From the sequence record NC_019517.1: 64,000 nt of DNA; one strand, written 5' to 3'. This DNA is from Escherichia phage FV3. The translations under genes and the position numbers were made by a program. The notes beneath the pieces are model-generated. The model searched no databases. It saw nothing but the letters and a program-made list of their open reading frames with translations, and was not told the origin of the DNA. Each line of letters begins with the position of its first letter. The first letter of the stretch is position 1. Below, piece by piece: positions 7,767 through 17,000 of this stretch.

Positions 7767-9227
7767 ATGGATAGCAGAAGTTCAGAAATCATTGCCGCAC
7801 AAAAAGATGACGCCTTGCGAATGCTGCAGGCAGCACGTATGTATCTTCTTGAAAAACTGCCGTTTTATGGCACACTGTTGTCAGGGTTGCAGTTCGTAGA
7901 AAACCACACATGGTGCTCCACCATGGCAACAGACCATAAACGCATTTATTACAGCCCTGAGTTCATTATGGGATTGGCGGATGAGCGCAAAACCATTCTT
8001 AAAGCATCTTTGACTGACAAGCAGTTTGAGATGGCTGAGGTTTTCTATTCCCCAAAATCTGTGAAAGAGGTGGCATTTCTTCTATCGCATGAGGTGGGGC
8101 ATATTATCTGTGATCATCTGGTCCGTGGCAAAAGTTTTGAGCCGGAGCTGTTCAATATTGCCTGTGATCATGTTATCAACACAGGTCTTGTGGTTGACTT
8201 TAGCAAGCCCCCTTGTGTTTTCTTCCCGAAGGGGAAAAGCACTACGTTTGTAAAAGGTAAGCCTTTTGGCTTCTTAGCTAGTTGCTACTGTGACATGAGG
8301 TTCCATGGATGGATTGCTGAGAACGTCTATGCGGTTCTTGATAAGCAAAGAGATCAGAATAGCGGTAAAAGTAAGAACGGTAAAGGCGAGAACTCTCAAG
8401 GAGATAAACGACAAACCGACGATCACATGAGTGGTAACGGTGGCACTAGTGATGATCTTGGAAAGGCGATGGGGTATGATCAGCCACAACCAGTGATCAG
8501 CCAATCTGATAAGGATCAAGCCATGCAGGACTCTGGTGACATGTTGGAAGCAGCAATGCAGGCTTCCGGAGGTCGTTGCCCTGAGGCTGTGCGTGAGTTT
8601 GTCAAGAACAGAGGTAAGCCTGTAATCAATTATATAGACATCATTAAACAACGTATGCTGTCTAAACGAAAGGCTGAACTAACCTATAGAAAACCCGGTC
8701 GCCGATCTGGGTCTTTGACCAGCACAATGCGAAAAGTTGGAGCTATAAACAAGAATCAGCACGTTGTTGTTCCTGGTCGTAATCCGGAAAACACTATAGA
8801 TATTGTGGTGGCTTTAGACGTTTCTGGATCGATCTCACAAAGAACTTTAAAGAAAATGTTCAATGAGATCACTGGGTTGTGCAATCTGTATAAAGAGTTC
8901 AAGGTTACGATGTTCTGTTGGTCAACTGAGGTTGGAGAGGTTAAAGTATACACTCGCGGGAACATCGACGAGATGATCAACTACGAGGTCCACTCAACAT
9001 GGGGCACAACAGCCGCTTGCGTGTTCGAGTATCTGGACGCTAACATACCAAATGCAAAAGATGTCATCGTCCTGACCGACCTCTACTTTGAGCACAACTT
9101 TGAACAAAAGGTTGTTGACAACAAGTGGAAAAAGTACGATACTTTATGGGTTCTCACCGAAGGGTATAATAAAAATTATATCCCAAGCTTTGGGAAAACT
9201 GTAGAATTGATCGAGTACGCTAAATAA
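7767..9227 (+). CDS. Putative metallopeptidase (HExxH) domain + von Willebrand factor A domain protein (DUF2201/CobT-like MoxR partner)
   Basis: HEVGHIICDH zinc-peptidase-like motif in N-terminal half; MIDAS motif DVSGSIS in C-terminal half; start set at ATG 7767 with GGAG RBS (alternative ATG at 7734). Confidence 0.65.
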   Translation: MDSRSSEIIAAQKDDALRMLQAARMYLLEKLPFYGTLLSGLQFVENHTWCSTMATDHKRIYYSPEFIMGLADERKTILKASLTDKQFEMAEVFYSPKSVKEVAFLLSHEVGHIICDHLVRGKSFEPELFNIACDHVINTGLVVDFSKPPCVFFPKGKSTTFVKGKPFGFLASCYCDMRFHGWIAENVYAVLDKQRDQNSGKSKNGKGENSQGDKRQTDDHMSGNGGTSDDLGKAMGYDQPQPVISQSDKDQAMQDSGDMLEAAMQASGGRCPEAVREFVKNRGKPVINYIDIIKQRMLSKRKAELTYRKPGRRSGSLTSTMRKVGAINKNQHVVVPGRNPENTIDIVVALDVSGSISQRTLKKMFNEITGLCNLYKEFKVTMFCWSTEVGEVKVYTRGNIDEMINYEVHSTWGTTAACVFEYLDANIPNAKDVIVLTDLYFEHNFEQKVVDNKWKKYDTLWVLTEGYNKNYIPSFGKTVELIEYAK

Positions 9228-9242
9228 GAGAGGATGTTATTT

Positions 9243-9503
9243 ATGGCAACAGAAGTAGTAATTAAAGCTGAACGCCCAGTTAAAAAAGCTATCAACACGT
9301 TCCCTGTAGGAACCATTGTGAGCATGATTACAGAGTCAGGTCGTGTATCTACACTGCTAATCGTGAAATCTGCATGCTCATCTTGTGTGTGGGCATATGA
9401 TCTTGACGAGAAAGAACTGAAAGATTTTGTTGGAGAACTGAAAGCAACAGAGCTTGACGCTCGTATTGAAGTATTTGGTGAAACCATGGAGGAAGAGCAA
9501 TGA
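9243..9503 (+). CDS. Small hypothetical protein, paralog 1 of tandem triplet
   Basis: GAGAGGA RBS; shares pattern F-x-x-G-x-(I/V)-V ... C ... D ... EI with the next two genes. Confidence 0.45.
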   Translation: MATEVVIKAERPVKKAINTFPVGTIVSMITESGRVSTLLIVKSACSSCVWAYDLDEKELKDFVGELKATELDARIEVFGETMEEEQ

Positions 9504-9763
9504 CCACAAAAATCACCATTGCAGAGCCGAAAGCTAACACGCAGCCTATCGAAAAGTTTAAATGCGGTGAGGTAGTAACATTCACACCGGACAATGAAGA
9601 TGCTAAGATTTTCGCCATGGTCACAGCCGAGTGGATGTGTGACAACACCACACAGGTTCTGCGTTTTGACACCTATCTTACAGATGAAATAAGGAACGAC
9701 AAGATCGTGACTGGTGTAGATACTGAGATTGTTTTCTACAAGAGCTTCGTAGAGGGTTTCTAA
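9500..9763 (+). CDS. Small hypothetical protein, paralog 2 of tandem triplet
   Basis: ATGA overlap with upstream gene; similar size and motif pattern. Confidence 0.45.
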   Translation: MTTKITIAEPKANTQPIEKFKCGEVVTFTPDNEDAKIFAMVTAEWMCDNTTQVLRFDTYLTDEIRNDKIVTGVDTEIVFYKSFVEGF

Positions 9764-9764
9764 T

Positions 9765-10001
9765 ATGGCAAGAATTCGTAAGTTGTCCAACAATCAAACT
9801 GTGAAAGATTTTGAACCCGGAGAGATTCTGTATGTTCATGATGCAGATGACGAAGGAGAAGATCTTGTTATGCTACTAGGGCATGCTGCTGAGGACGGAT
9901 GCATCCAGGCTGTTTTTCTTGAAACAGCTATGGTGCACTGGATAGAGCTGGACCTGAAAGCACGAAAACCTAAAGCAGAGATCTTGATTTACGAAGATTA
10001 A
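9765..10001 (+). CDS. Small hypothetical protein, paralog 3 of tandem triplet
   Basis: 1-nt spacer to upstream gene; similar size and motif pattern. Confidence 0.45.
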   Translation: MARIRKLSNNQTVKDFEPGEILYVHDADDEGEDLVMLLGHAAEDGCIQAVFLETAMVHWIELDLKARKPKAEILIYED

Positions 10002-10069
10002 CAAAAGGAGAGAGCTGTGTTGAGCAAACGTGAATGCGACAGCATTAGCCTGAATTCTTATAAGAAACA

Positions 10070-10465
10070 ATGGTTTGGGGTAGAAGTTTGCCGACTACGG
10101 CTCGGCTCCTACCTGAACTTCGTTTATACGAGAGCGATAGTCGTATCGTTTCTTATGAAGTGTTTTACACTAAGAACACCTTCGAGCTGCGACGTAAGGT
10201 GGATGGCGGGAGAGCTACCACCCAGAATAATTGGGAAACTATTCTGCCTCCAGATGTTATAGGAAGCCCCTTGAATGTATCTGAAGATGAAAATCTTATG
10301 GTTCATGCTATGATGGGACTTGACAGCTTAGAGCTGGCGATCTATGATATGTCTATCGAAGCAGTTAAACTGGACTACATAGAAAACACCTTAGAGGAAG
10401 GTATCAAGAAGTTTCTCGGTGAGAAATTGAAAGCCCACTTTCATAAGGAGCTATACCTGTTATGA
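10070..10465 (+). CDS. Hypothetical protein (131 aa); start uncertain
   Basis: Protein-like composition and ATGA coupling to the next gene; weak RBS, and a strong RBS+GTG at 10017 lies in another frame. Confidence 0.4.
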   Translation: MVWGRSLPTTARLLPELRLYESDSRIVSYEVFYTKNTFELRRKVDGGRATTQNNWETILPPDVIGSPLNVSEDENLMVHAMMGLDSLELAIYDMSIEAVKLDYIENTLEEGIKKFLGEKLKAHFHKELYLL

Positions 10466-10707
10466 AGACCCGTAAAGAACGTAACAAGATTTTACCTGGC
10501 GCTCTCGAACACATGATGAAGTGCAGATCTATCTGGCACTCTGCCAAGGAGGGGCAGCATGTGGTTGTAGTTAGTGATAATGCCAACCCATTCGGTGATT
10601 ATGTCACCATGATGACTCCATATATCAGCGACGGTGTTGTGGAAGTGGTTCCTTATAGCGGTCTGCATGAGAGGCATTTTGAAAGCACTTTGTTAGTGGA
10701 GCTATAA
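10462..10707 (+). CDS. Hypothetical protein (81 aa)
   Basis: ORF with ATGA overlap to upstream gene. Confidence 0.4.
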   Translation: MKTRKERNKILPGALEHMMKCRSIWHSAKEGQHVVVVSDNANPFGDYVTMMTPYISDGVVEVVPYSGLHERHFESTLLVEL

Positions 10708-10709
10708 TC

Positions 10710-11276
10710 ATGGCGGTCAATGTGGCTTACAACACAGGAAAGCTCGACAGAGATATTGGGTGTCTTGTCCTTTCAGATACAGAAGAGTATTGGGGTTATG
10801 GGTTGCTGTCAGACCCACACCCTAGCAACCTTGTATCAACAGTGCTATATCGCTACGACCCTGTACCAACGGTGCACGACAAAGATATTCACGACCTTCG
10901 GGTCAAGTGTCTGGAAGATCTTCTGAACAATGGCTGCAACGATCTGCGGGTAGCCAAGGAGAAGCTTACAAACATCCACAAGGAGGAAGTGATGAGCACC
11001 CTCAGTAAGAGGTCAGTGCACAAAAAGATGATGCTGAACTTTGCAATGGGTATCTACATGGATGGGTATAAGGGCGGGGATCCGATCCTCAAGCTTCGCT
11101 GCCCAACACTGTGGGAAAGAGTGGTTGACAGTAAGGACGGTACTGCTCTTCTTGAGCTCCACACTTCGGGTTGGATATGGAAGTATGTGGACGGATACCC
11201 TCTGTGGGCATGTGGACCGGGTGAGTTTGTTGACAGACCCAGCGCAGTGGTGGACTTGCTATTGCAGTTTGAATAA
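10710..11276 (+). CDS. Hypothetical protein (188 aa)
   Basis: ORF in operon context. Confidence 0.45.
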   Translation: MAVNVAYNTGKLDRDIGCLVLSDTEEYWGYGLLSDPHPSNLVSTVLYRYDPVPTVHDKDIHDLRVKCLEDLLNNGCNDLRVAKEKLTNIHKEEVMSTLSKRSVHKKMMLNFAMGIYMDGYKGGDPILKLRCPTLWERVVDSKDGTALLELHTSGWIWKYVDGYPLWACGPGEFVDRPSAVVDLLLQFE

Positions 11277-11332
11277 AAGGTGAGTTATAAGGTATTTATA
11301 CGCCCATCAACAATACAGCAGGAGAGACTGAG

Positions 11333-11608
11333 ATGACTAAAGAAGAGGCAGATGTATTAGACTTTGCACTAGAGGCCACGCAGGAGGCTTTGGTGTTAGC
11401 GTGGAAGATGAACCAGCGTGCTGCAGAATGCAATCGTCGCATAAATGAGATTCTTGGCATGCCCATGTATGATTTCACCATGCATGCCGGAGAGATTCCT
11501 GAGCTTACTGCGGAAATGGCTGATCTTGACAACAAGATCGATATTATCCTGAAGACAGCGGAAACAACTCACCAAACCGCCCGTAAATTTATCAACGAGA
11601 AGGTGTGA
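11333..11608 (+). CDS. Hypothetical protein (91 aa)
   Basis: GGAGAGA RBS upstream of ATG. Confidence 0.4.
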   Translation: MTKEEADVLDFALEATQEALVLAWKMNQRAAECNRRINEILGMPMYDFTMHAGEIPELTAEMADLDNKIDIILKTAETTHQTARKFINEKV

Positions 11609-12084
11609 ATATGGACTACAGCTACTGCGGGGAAGAAGTACCTTTTAACTACAGCAATCTTACCACGAGCAATCCATATGAGACTCGCCACGGCACACAT
11701 ATCATTGCCATTGACTTTGATGGAACGTTTAATGCGAGTCCTTTCATCTTCTCCCGCTTGATTAAGGACCTGAAGAAGGAAGGGTGGACAGTCTACCTTG
11801 TGACTTTTCGGTTCATCACTCAAGACAATGTGGACATTGAATATTGGCGTAAGGAGCTCGATGTTGGGGTGTTTTATACTGGAGGTGTTCAGAAGGCCGC
11901 TTATCTGGCTCAGTTTGATATCTACCCAGACATCTGGGTTGATGATTCTCCGGCTTGCATTCCAGCCAAGAATCAGCTAGAGTTTGCAATGAAGGAGATC
12001 AAGTATAAGTCTGACGCTAAACGTAACGGATGGCCCTTTATTATTGAAGATTACCCAGATCCTGAACCGGAGAAAGAGCCATGA
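11605..12084 (+). CDS. HAD-superfamily phosphatase (possibly 5'(3')-deoxyribonucleotidase-like)
   Basis: HAD motif I IIAIDFDGTF and C-terminal WVDD motif; 159 aa. Confidence 0.5.
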   Translation: MNMDYSYCGEEVPFNYSNLTTSNPYETRHGTHIIAIDFDGTFNASPFIFSRLIKDLKKEGWTVYLVTFRFITQDNVDIEYWRKELDVGVFYTGGVQKAAYLAQFDIYPDIWVDDSPACIPAKNQLEFAMKEIKYKSDAKRNGWPFIIEDYPDPEPEKEP

Positions 12085-12251
12085 AACGAAGATACCATTA
12101 CTTGATGTGGAAGTTATATCAGGGTGCTGCTAAAACTTATCGCACCGTGTTTGGTAATGACAATCACTATATTGTGTTACACCTTGCCGCCATTAAGCAT
12201 CACAATGAGTGGATTCGTGCAATCGTAATAGGTGACAAAGACTTTAAGTAA
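12081..12251 (+). CDS. Small ORF (56 aa) below the ORF-track threshold, translationally coupled to the HAD gene
   Basis: ATG overlaps the upstream stop (ATGA); reads MKRRYHYLMWKLYQ...; fills an otherwise unexplained 218-nt gap. Confidence 0.3.
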   Translation: MKRRYHYLMWKLYQGAAKTYRTVFGNDNHYIVLHLAAIKHHNEWIRAIVIGDKDFK

Positions 12252-12302
12252 GGTATGCCTTAAAAACGTAATAGTGTGGATTTCTAAATGGAGACTGATT
12301 AA

Positions 12303-12683
12303 ATGTGCAAGTGTAAATCCTATAATTGGAAAGTGAAAGGTGCCAAGCATCAAAATGTTATCGTTGATGTGCCTAAAAAGCTCCGTGACGGCAAAAAACG
12401 TGTGTGCCTTGATAAGTGCATGGCTAAACCTATCATGAGCTTGTGGGCAGCAGGATTGAAGACTCTAAACTGCTGCTGTGGTCATAACAAAGATGTTCCA
12501 AGCATCATTATCCCAGAGGATGCAGACCCTAAAGCTTATGCCAAAATACTGACTCGCTACCCCAGCACCTTTCTGATCGGAAAATGGTGTCACGATGAAC
12601 TTCAATGGTGGGTAGCATACGGCAGCATAGGTACTGCTTTTGGCTTTCCAGCTTTGTCAGAGCGCTACGTCAAAGTGTCATAA
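12303..12683 (+). CDS. Cys-rich hypothetical protein (126 aa)
   Basis: CKCK...CLDKC...CCCGH cysteine clusters suggest metal binding. Confidence 0.4.
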   Translation: MCKCKSYNWKVKGAKHQNVIVDVPKKLRDGKKRVCLDKCMAKPIMSLWAAGLKTLNCCCGHNKDVPSIIIPEDADPKAYAKILTRYPSTFLIGKWCHDELQWWVAYGSIGTAFGFPALSERYVKVS

Positions 12684-12787
12684 TCGATTTTAAGGCCTCT
12701 TTTGAGGCCTGTGCCTTCAATAGTTCCACCATCCCTTGTGATTACACCCACCTTTCCAAAAACTTCCCTAAAACGCTTAAAAATGTT

Positions 12788-12817
12788 GTTGACAGCGCAT
12801 ACCTTGGTTTGCTATTC
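12788..12817 (+). promoter_or_regulatory. Candidate internal sigma70-like promoter (TTGACA-N18-TATTCT)
   Basis: TTGACA at 12788-12793, TATTCT at 12812-12817, upstream of GGAG RBS and the ATG at 12851. Confidence 0.35.
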
Positions 12818-12850
12818 TCATTATCACAGATACAGAACGGAGTAACAAAA

Positions 12851-13108
12851 ATGTCACTACGAAAGTTAACAGATAATTGTAAAGCTGTACAAGTATCTCC
12901 TTGTGGTTGGGACGTGATTGCAAACGATGAAAAAATCGGTGAGGTTATTGATCACACATACTCATCATTGGCAGACCACACTGATCAGTTGTGGGAAGGC
13001 GTAAACTGTAAAAATAATACTAAACGGTTCAAGACTATGGACGAAGCCATTTGTTTTGTCTACACCCACGCTTCTAATATTCAGGGAAACGGAAAATGGC
13101 ACATGTAA
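12851..13108 (+). CDS. Hypothetical protein (85 aa)
   Basis: Start trimmed from the track ORF 12605-13108 to the ATG with GGAG RBS downstream of the candidate promoter. Confidence 0.4.
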   Translation: MSLRKLTDNCKAVQVSPCGWDVIANDEKIGEVIDHTYSSLADHTDQLWEGVNCKNNTKRFKTMDEAICFVYTHASNIQGNGKWHM

Positions 13109-13425
13109 ATATTAAACTACATTATCATGGTAGAAAACCAAAATATCCAATGCATAAAGTATTTTGGGGGTTGCATATCCAAGAAAAAGAAGGTATTGGT
13201 TATTGGTTTTGTGACCACGATCAACAGTGGCATACCCATGAAGAAGTAAGCACTATGATGGAGCAGGGTATTAAATTTAATTACTCAAACTATGATCATG
13301 GTGTTAATTGCATTCGAAAATTGAAACGATTTCTTAGAAAGAATCCTAAACTTAAAGGGCTTACATTCTTTATGTCTCATAACTACATGGGGTATAGTGC
13401 TACTGTAACTGCAAGGATTAAGTAA
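13096..13425 (+). CDS. Hypothetical protein (109 aa)
   Basis: ORF overlapping upstream gene end. Confidence 0.4.
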   Translation: MAHVNIKLHYHGRKPKYPMHKVFWGLHIQEKEGIGYWFCDHDQQWHTHEEVSTMMEQGIKFNYSNYDHGVNCIRKLKRFLRKNPKLKGLTFFMSHNYMGYSATVTARIK

Positions 13426-13426
13426 T

Positions 13427-13804
13427 ATGAGCAAAGTAAAATTTGTTAGATTTAAAAATCCTAACGGAATAACAGCCCTTATGATGGGTGTACACTTTAC
13501 ACCAGGAAAAGAGTATGAGGCAGATGTATACAATGGGATAGATGGTAAAGTTGGGGTAGGTGTGTGGACAAACCTCGGAGAAAGATATTTCCTCAAAGAT
13601 ATCACAGATCACTTGTGGGGTATGTGGGAATTGGTGGGAGAAGAGAATAAATCCCTTCCCAAAGAGATTTGGGTGCACACCTTCCACACAGGAAAGTTTG
13701 GTGGAACGGAGCATAAATCTATCCACTATGATGAAGGAAGTGCCATCAAACAACAAGCTGTGCTTGGTGGATCTATAGAAAAATTTGTTAAATGCGAGGA
13801 CTGA
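13427..13804 (+). CDS. Hypothetical protein (125 aa)
   Basis: ORF in operon context. Confidence 0.4.
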   Translation: MSKVKFVRFKNPNGITALMMGVHFTPGKEYEADVYNGIDGKVGVGVWTNLGERYFLKDITDHLWGMWELVGEENKSLPKEIWVHTFHTGKFGGTEHKSIHYDEGSAIKQQAVLGGSIEKFVKCED

Positions 13805-13807
13805 GAA

Positions 13808-14008
13808 ATGGCTGATTTTTGTAAAGATTGCTCTGAAGAGTTGTTTGGCTTTGACTGCAAAGATTTGGAAGGTCTGATCACTGAGGATCAGTGGAATGAA
13901 GGCTATGCAGCACCTGTTATTTGTGAAGGTTGTGGCTATACCTATGTTGACCATAAAGGTAAGCGCGTCAAGCCGTCTGAAGATGGGTCGTGTTGGGAAT
14001 ACTACTAA
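13808..14008 (+). CDS. Small zinc-ribbon-like protein (66 aa)
   Basis: CKDC...C and CEGC cysteine pairs. Confidence 0.4.
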   Translation: MADFCKDCSEELFGFDCKDLEGLITEDQWNEGYAAPVICEGCGYTYVDHKGKRVKPSEDGSCWEYY

Positions 14009-14038
14009 TTATAAAAAGAAAGGGGCCAAACGGCCCCT
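14005..14038. terminator. Bidirectional rho-independent terminator between convergent early and late operons
   Basis: GGGGCC-AAAC-GGCCCC hairpin flanked by an A-tract upstream and a T-tract downstream. Confidence 0.6.
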
Positions 14039-14054
14039 TTTTATTTACCCCTTG

Positions 14055-17000
14055 TTAACGAGAAAAGGTTGCGTAGGCTTCTAGACGATACTGCTGGTCA
14101 CCAGGGAACATAACACCTATAGAGGCTGTCCCTAGAATCCTGCCTTCCTTTCCAGACTCCATTCTGAACCCTACCCATCCTGAACTCCTTGCAGCCTCGA
14201 TGTTGTCGCTATACCCGAAAGTGGCAAGATCGTCAACACCAGCTCCAAACAGCAACTGAAGCTGACTTCTCGGAAGCCCTATAATTTCAGGAATATATGC
14301 ACCAAAGTACACCATCTGCCCTACCTTAGGACCGCTGCCGTACTCCATCGGCTTGCTTGTAGAGAAAGTCTTCATACCAGAAGTCCCTGCCGGATTAGGG
14401 TATGCCCCGTTTGTTGCTGTACCTATCCACATTCTCCACTGTGGTGTCATCTGTTTGACAGTAAAAGATGTTGAAGACGTTTTGCGCCCTGCATCATCAG
14501 TAGCTACAAACGTTATAGTGACATTACCAGGAGCTTTAAATGTTACCAGTCCTGTGGTAGCATCCACTGTTGCAATGTTGGTATTACTACTTTCCCAAGT
14601 CTTTCTGATTCCTGGCACATTGGAAGGGGTAATAGAGGGTTCCTGCATCTGCAGTTTACCACCTACAATCCCTATCCCGTTACCTGGATTATACAACGCA
14701 CCAACCTCGTCTACAATGTTACCTGCCTTGAGGCTGTACTTTTTAGAGAAGTTGTAAGTGCCGTTATATGTGTGTGTCCCTGAGAAGGTTACATCTGCCT
14801 TACCGTTGGAGATGCAAACCAAAGCATACTTCCTGTCAGGCAACTGTGCCCCAGTTTCTGGGTGAGTTTTACCAACCTGGAACACACTCGGGTCAGTGGA
14901 GTCATGGCTATCACTAATGGAGTTTGGGCCACCCATCAGCTGTGACAAACAATTCCTTACCCATGTCCAGTTATTATCACTGGAGAAGTCCACAGTCAAA
15001 TCGAATACAACCCACTCATTTGGCTTCCATACAGGAGTTGTAATCAACTTACCAACACCTCCACCCTGAAGGGTTGGAGACTGTTCAGTGATCAGGGCAG
15101 AGTATGCCAGAGTGCCTAACTGCATGGTCTGGCTTGCTGTCCTCACTACCTTAGAATCAACATCTGTGAAGTTGTTGATGATTTGGAATGTACCATAAGT
15201 GTTTTTACAGGTAATTCTGGCGTTCAGTGTGTCAATCTTCCTCACATCTGCCATAGCAGTGTTAGACACAGAGAAGTCAGAAGCTCTAGCCGAGTTTGCT
15301 GCAACAGCTGGATCAACGTTGAGAGTTGCGTTGAACTGGCAGGCAGGAGTAACCAGTAGCTTGTTATCACCTATTTGCTTCCATGAAACACTTTGAACAG
15401 GGAGATTCCATTTAATACCTGAGAAAACTTTAGCAACCCTTGGTCCCAGAGCTCCAGTCCTGTTGTCTTTACAGCTCATGGACATGGTGATCGTTGACGG
15501 AGTGGCCTGACCAAACAATTGCTGTGCTTTTGCAGAGGACATGGTGTAGAAATTGTCCTTAACAAACTCATCAGCCGCTAACGATCCGTCAGATCTCCAC
15601 CATTGCACCTGGTAGCCTGTCTTATCCCAGCCACCAACCTGCTTCAAGTCCTCCCAAGAGATTTCCAGATCCCCAGTGGTAGGGTTGATCGCCGCAGTTC
15701 CCGGTGTTCCAGATGACCATATTGGGATATCGAACCACGCTGGTTTAACAGACTGCACTGCGTTAGGTCCTATTGCAGCAGCAAGTTGTTGACCCATCAA
15801 TACGCGAGTATCTTTCACATAACCCCACTCGATCATAGACCCAGAGTAACCCTCTTTCTTGTAGGCAGGGGATCCGTTCAAATGGATAAGTCGGCTTGTG
15901 CCAAAGTTATATGCCCCGCCACCATTATCATCTGCAAAATTGTATATGATTCTATCCCTAATATCTTTCCATGCCCTACCGCCAATCTCATAGTCATGGT
16001 CATAGCATCTTTGCAGCGTTGTCCAGCAGATGATTGCCATCCTTCTACCGTTACTGAAGCCGAAAGCTTGATCGTTAAGTTCTCTCCACAAGTAGCAGTT
16101 GGTGGTCCACATGGCTCTGTGAATGTTGTACCAGTTTATAGATTTGGCAGAGTTGTTCCACTGAGTTCCGGGTAATTCAGGCCATACTGCATTAACCAGC
16201 ATGTCCTCTGTCCCTGCATCTATCAAGAATCCTCTCACCTTCTTACCCATACCTACTCTGTCTTTAGCAATCCATGAGCCAAACAATCTCAGTTTTGGAC
16301 CATAAACATCCTCTTCGCGATGCTCAAGAGAAACATACTTTAGATATACCGTAGGGTCACCGTAGGTACCATCACAAACACTCTTATGCATGTTCTCACC
16401 AAGGTCCAGACGGATACCTGTGAGAGTTTTGGTATCATCTGTGAACTTATCTGTCAAATCAAACTCGTACCACCACCACCCGGCTCCAAGTAAAACTTTC
16501 TTACAGCGCTTAGAGTCTGTGTCGGATATTCTTTTATCCCCTGCATATGGTGAGTCTGCAAACTGGTAGTGCAGAGCAACTTCAAAAGGATGTGTGGATG
16601 TTCCGTTTTCTGCAAGAACTTGCTTCCCGATCAGATCGCATTTAATAATCATCACGACACGTTTGTACCCCCAGGTTAACGGAACAACAAACGGATATCT
16701 CCCTCCATCCATATTAGCATGTATAGCTGCGAAATTTATGTACGGGTCAACAGCATTACCTAGAGTTTCAGGTCCAGGAATCATCTTGTACTTCTTGACC
16801 TGACCCATAATATAGTCACTGCCATAGGTTGCAGCCTCGAAGCAAGAACCACTATCAGGCAGTTCACCAGGTCCCCAGAATATTGCTCCGGAACAGTTGT
16901 AGAACCACTTGTTAGGATCATAGTTGTTCTTGAAGGTCTGAACCTCGTTTGCCTGCTTCAACAAGAAAACATGAGTATCTGTGAAGATTGCAGGATTCAC

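Noticed and set aside
10017-10262. 81-aa GTG-initiated ORF as a protein-coding gene
   Set aside because: Translation is Cys/Leu-rich and low-complexity and overlaps a protein-like ORF in another frame; kept only as an observation.
12605-13108. Long 167-aa ORF starting at 12605
   Set aside because: The upstream part overlaps the end of the preceding gene and contains a promoter-like TTGACA/TATTCT; a start at ATG 12851 with a GGAG RBS is more plausible.
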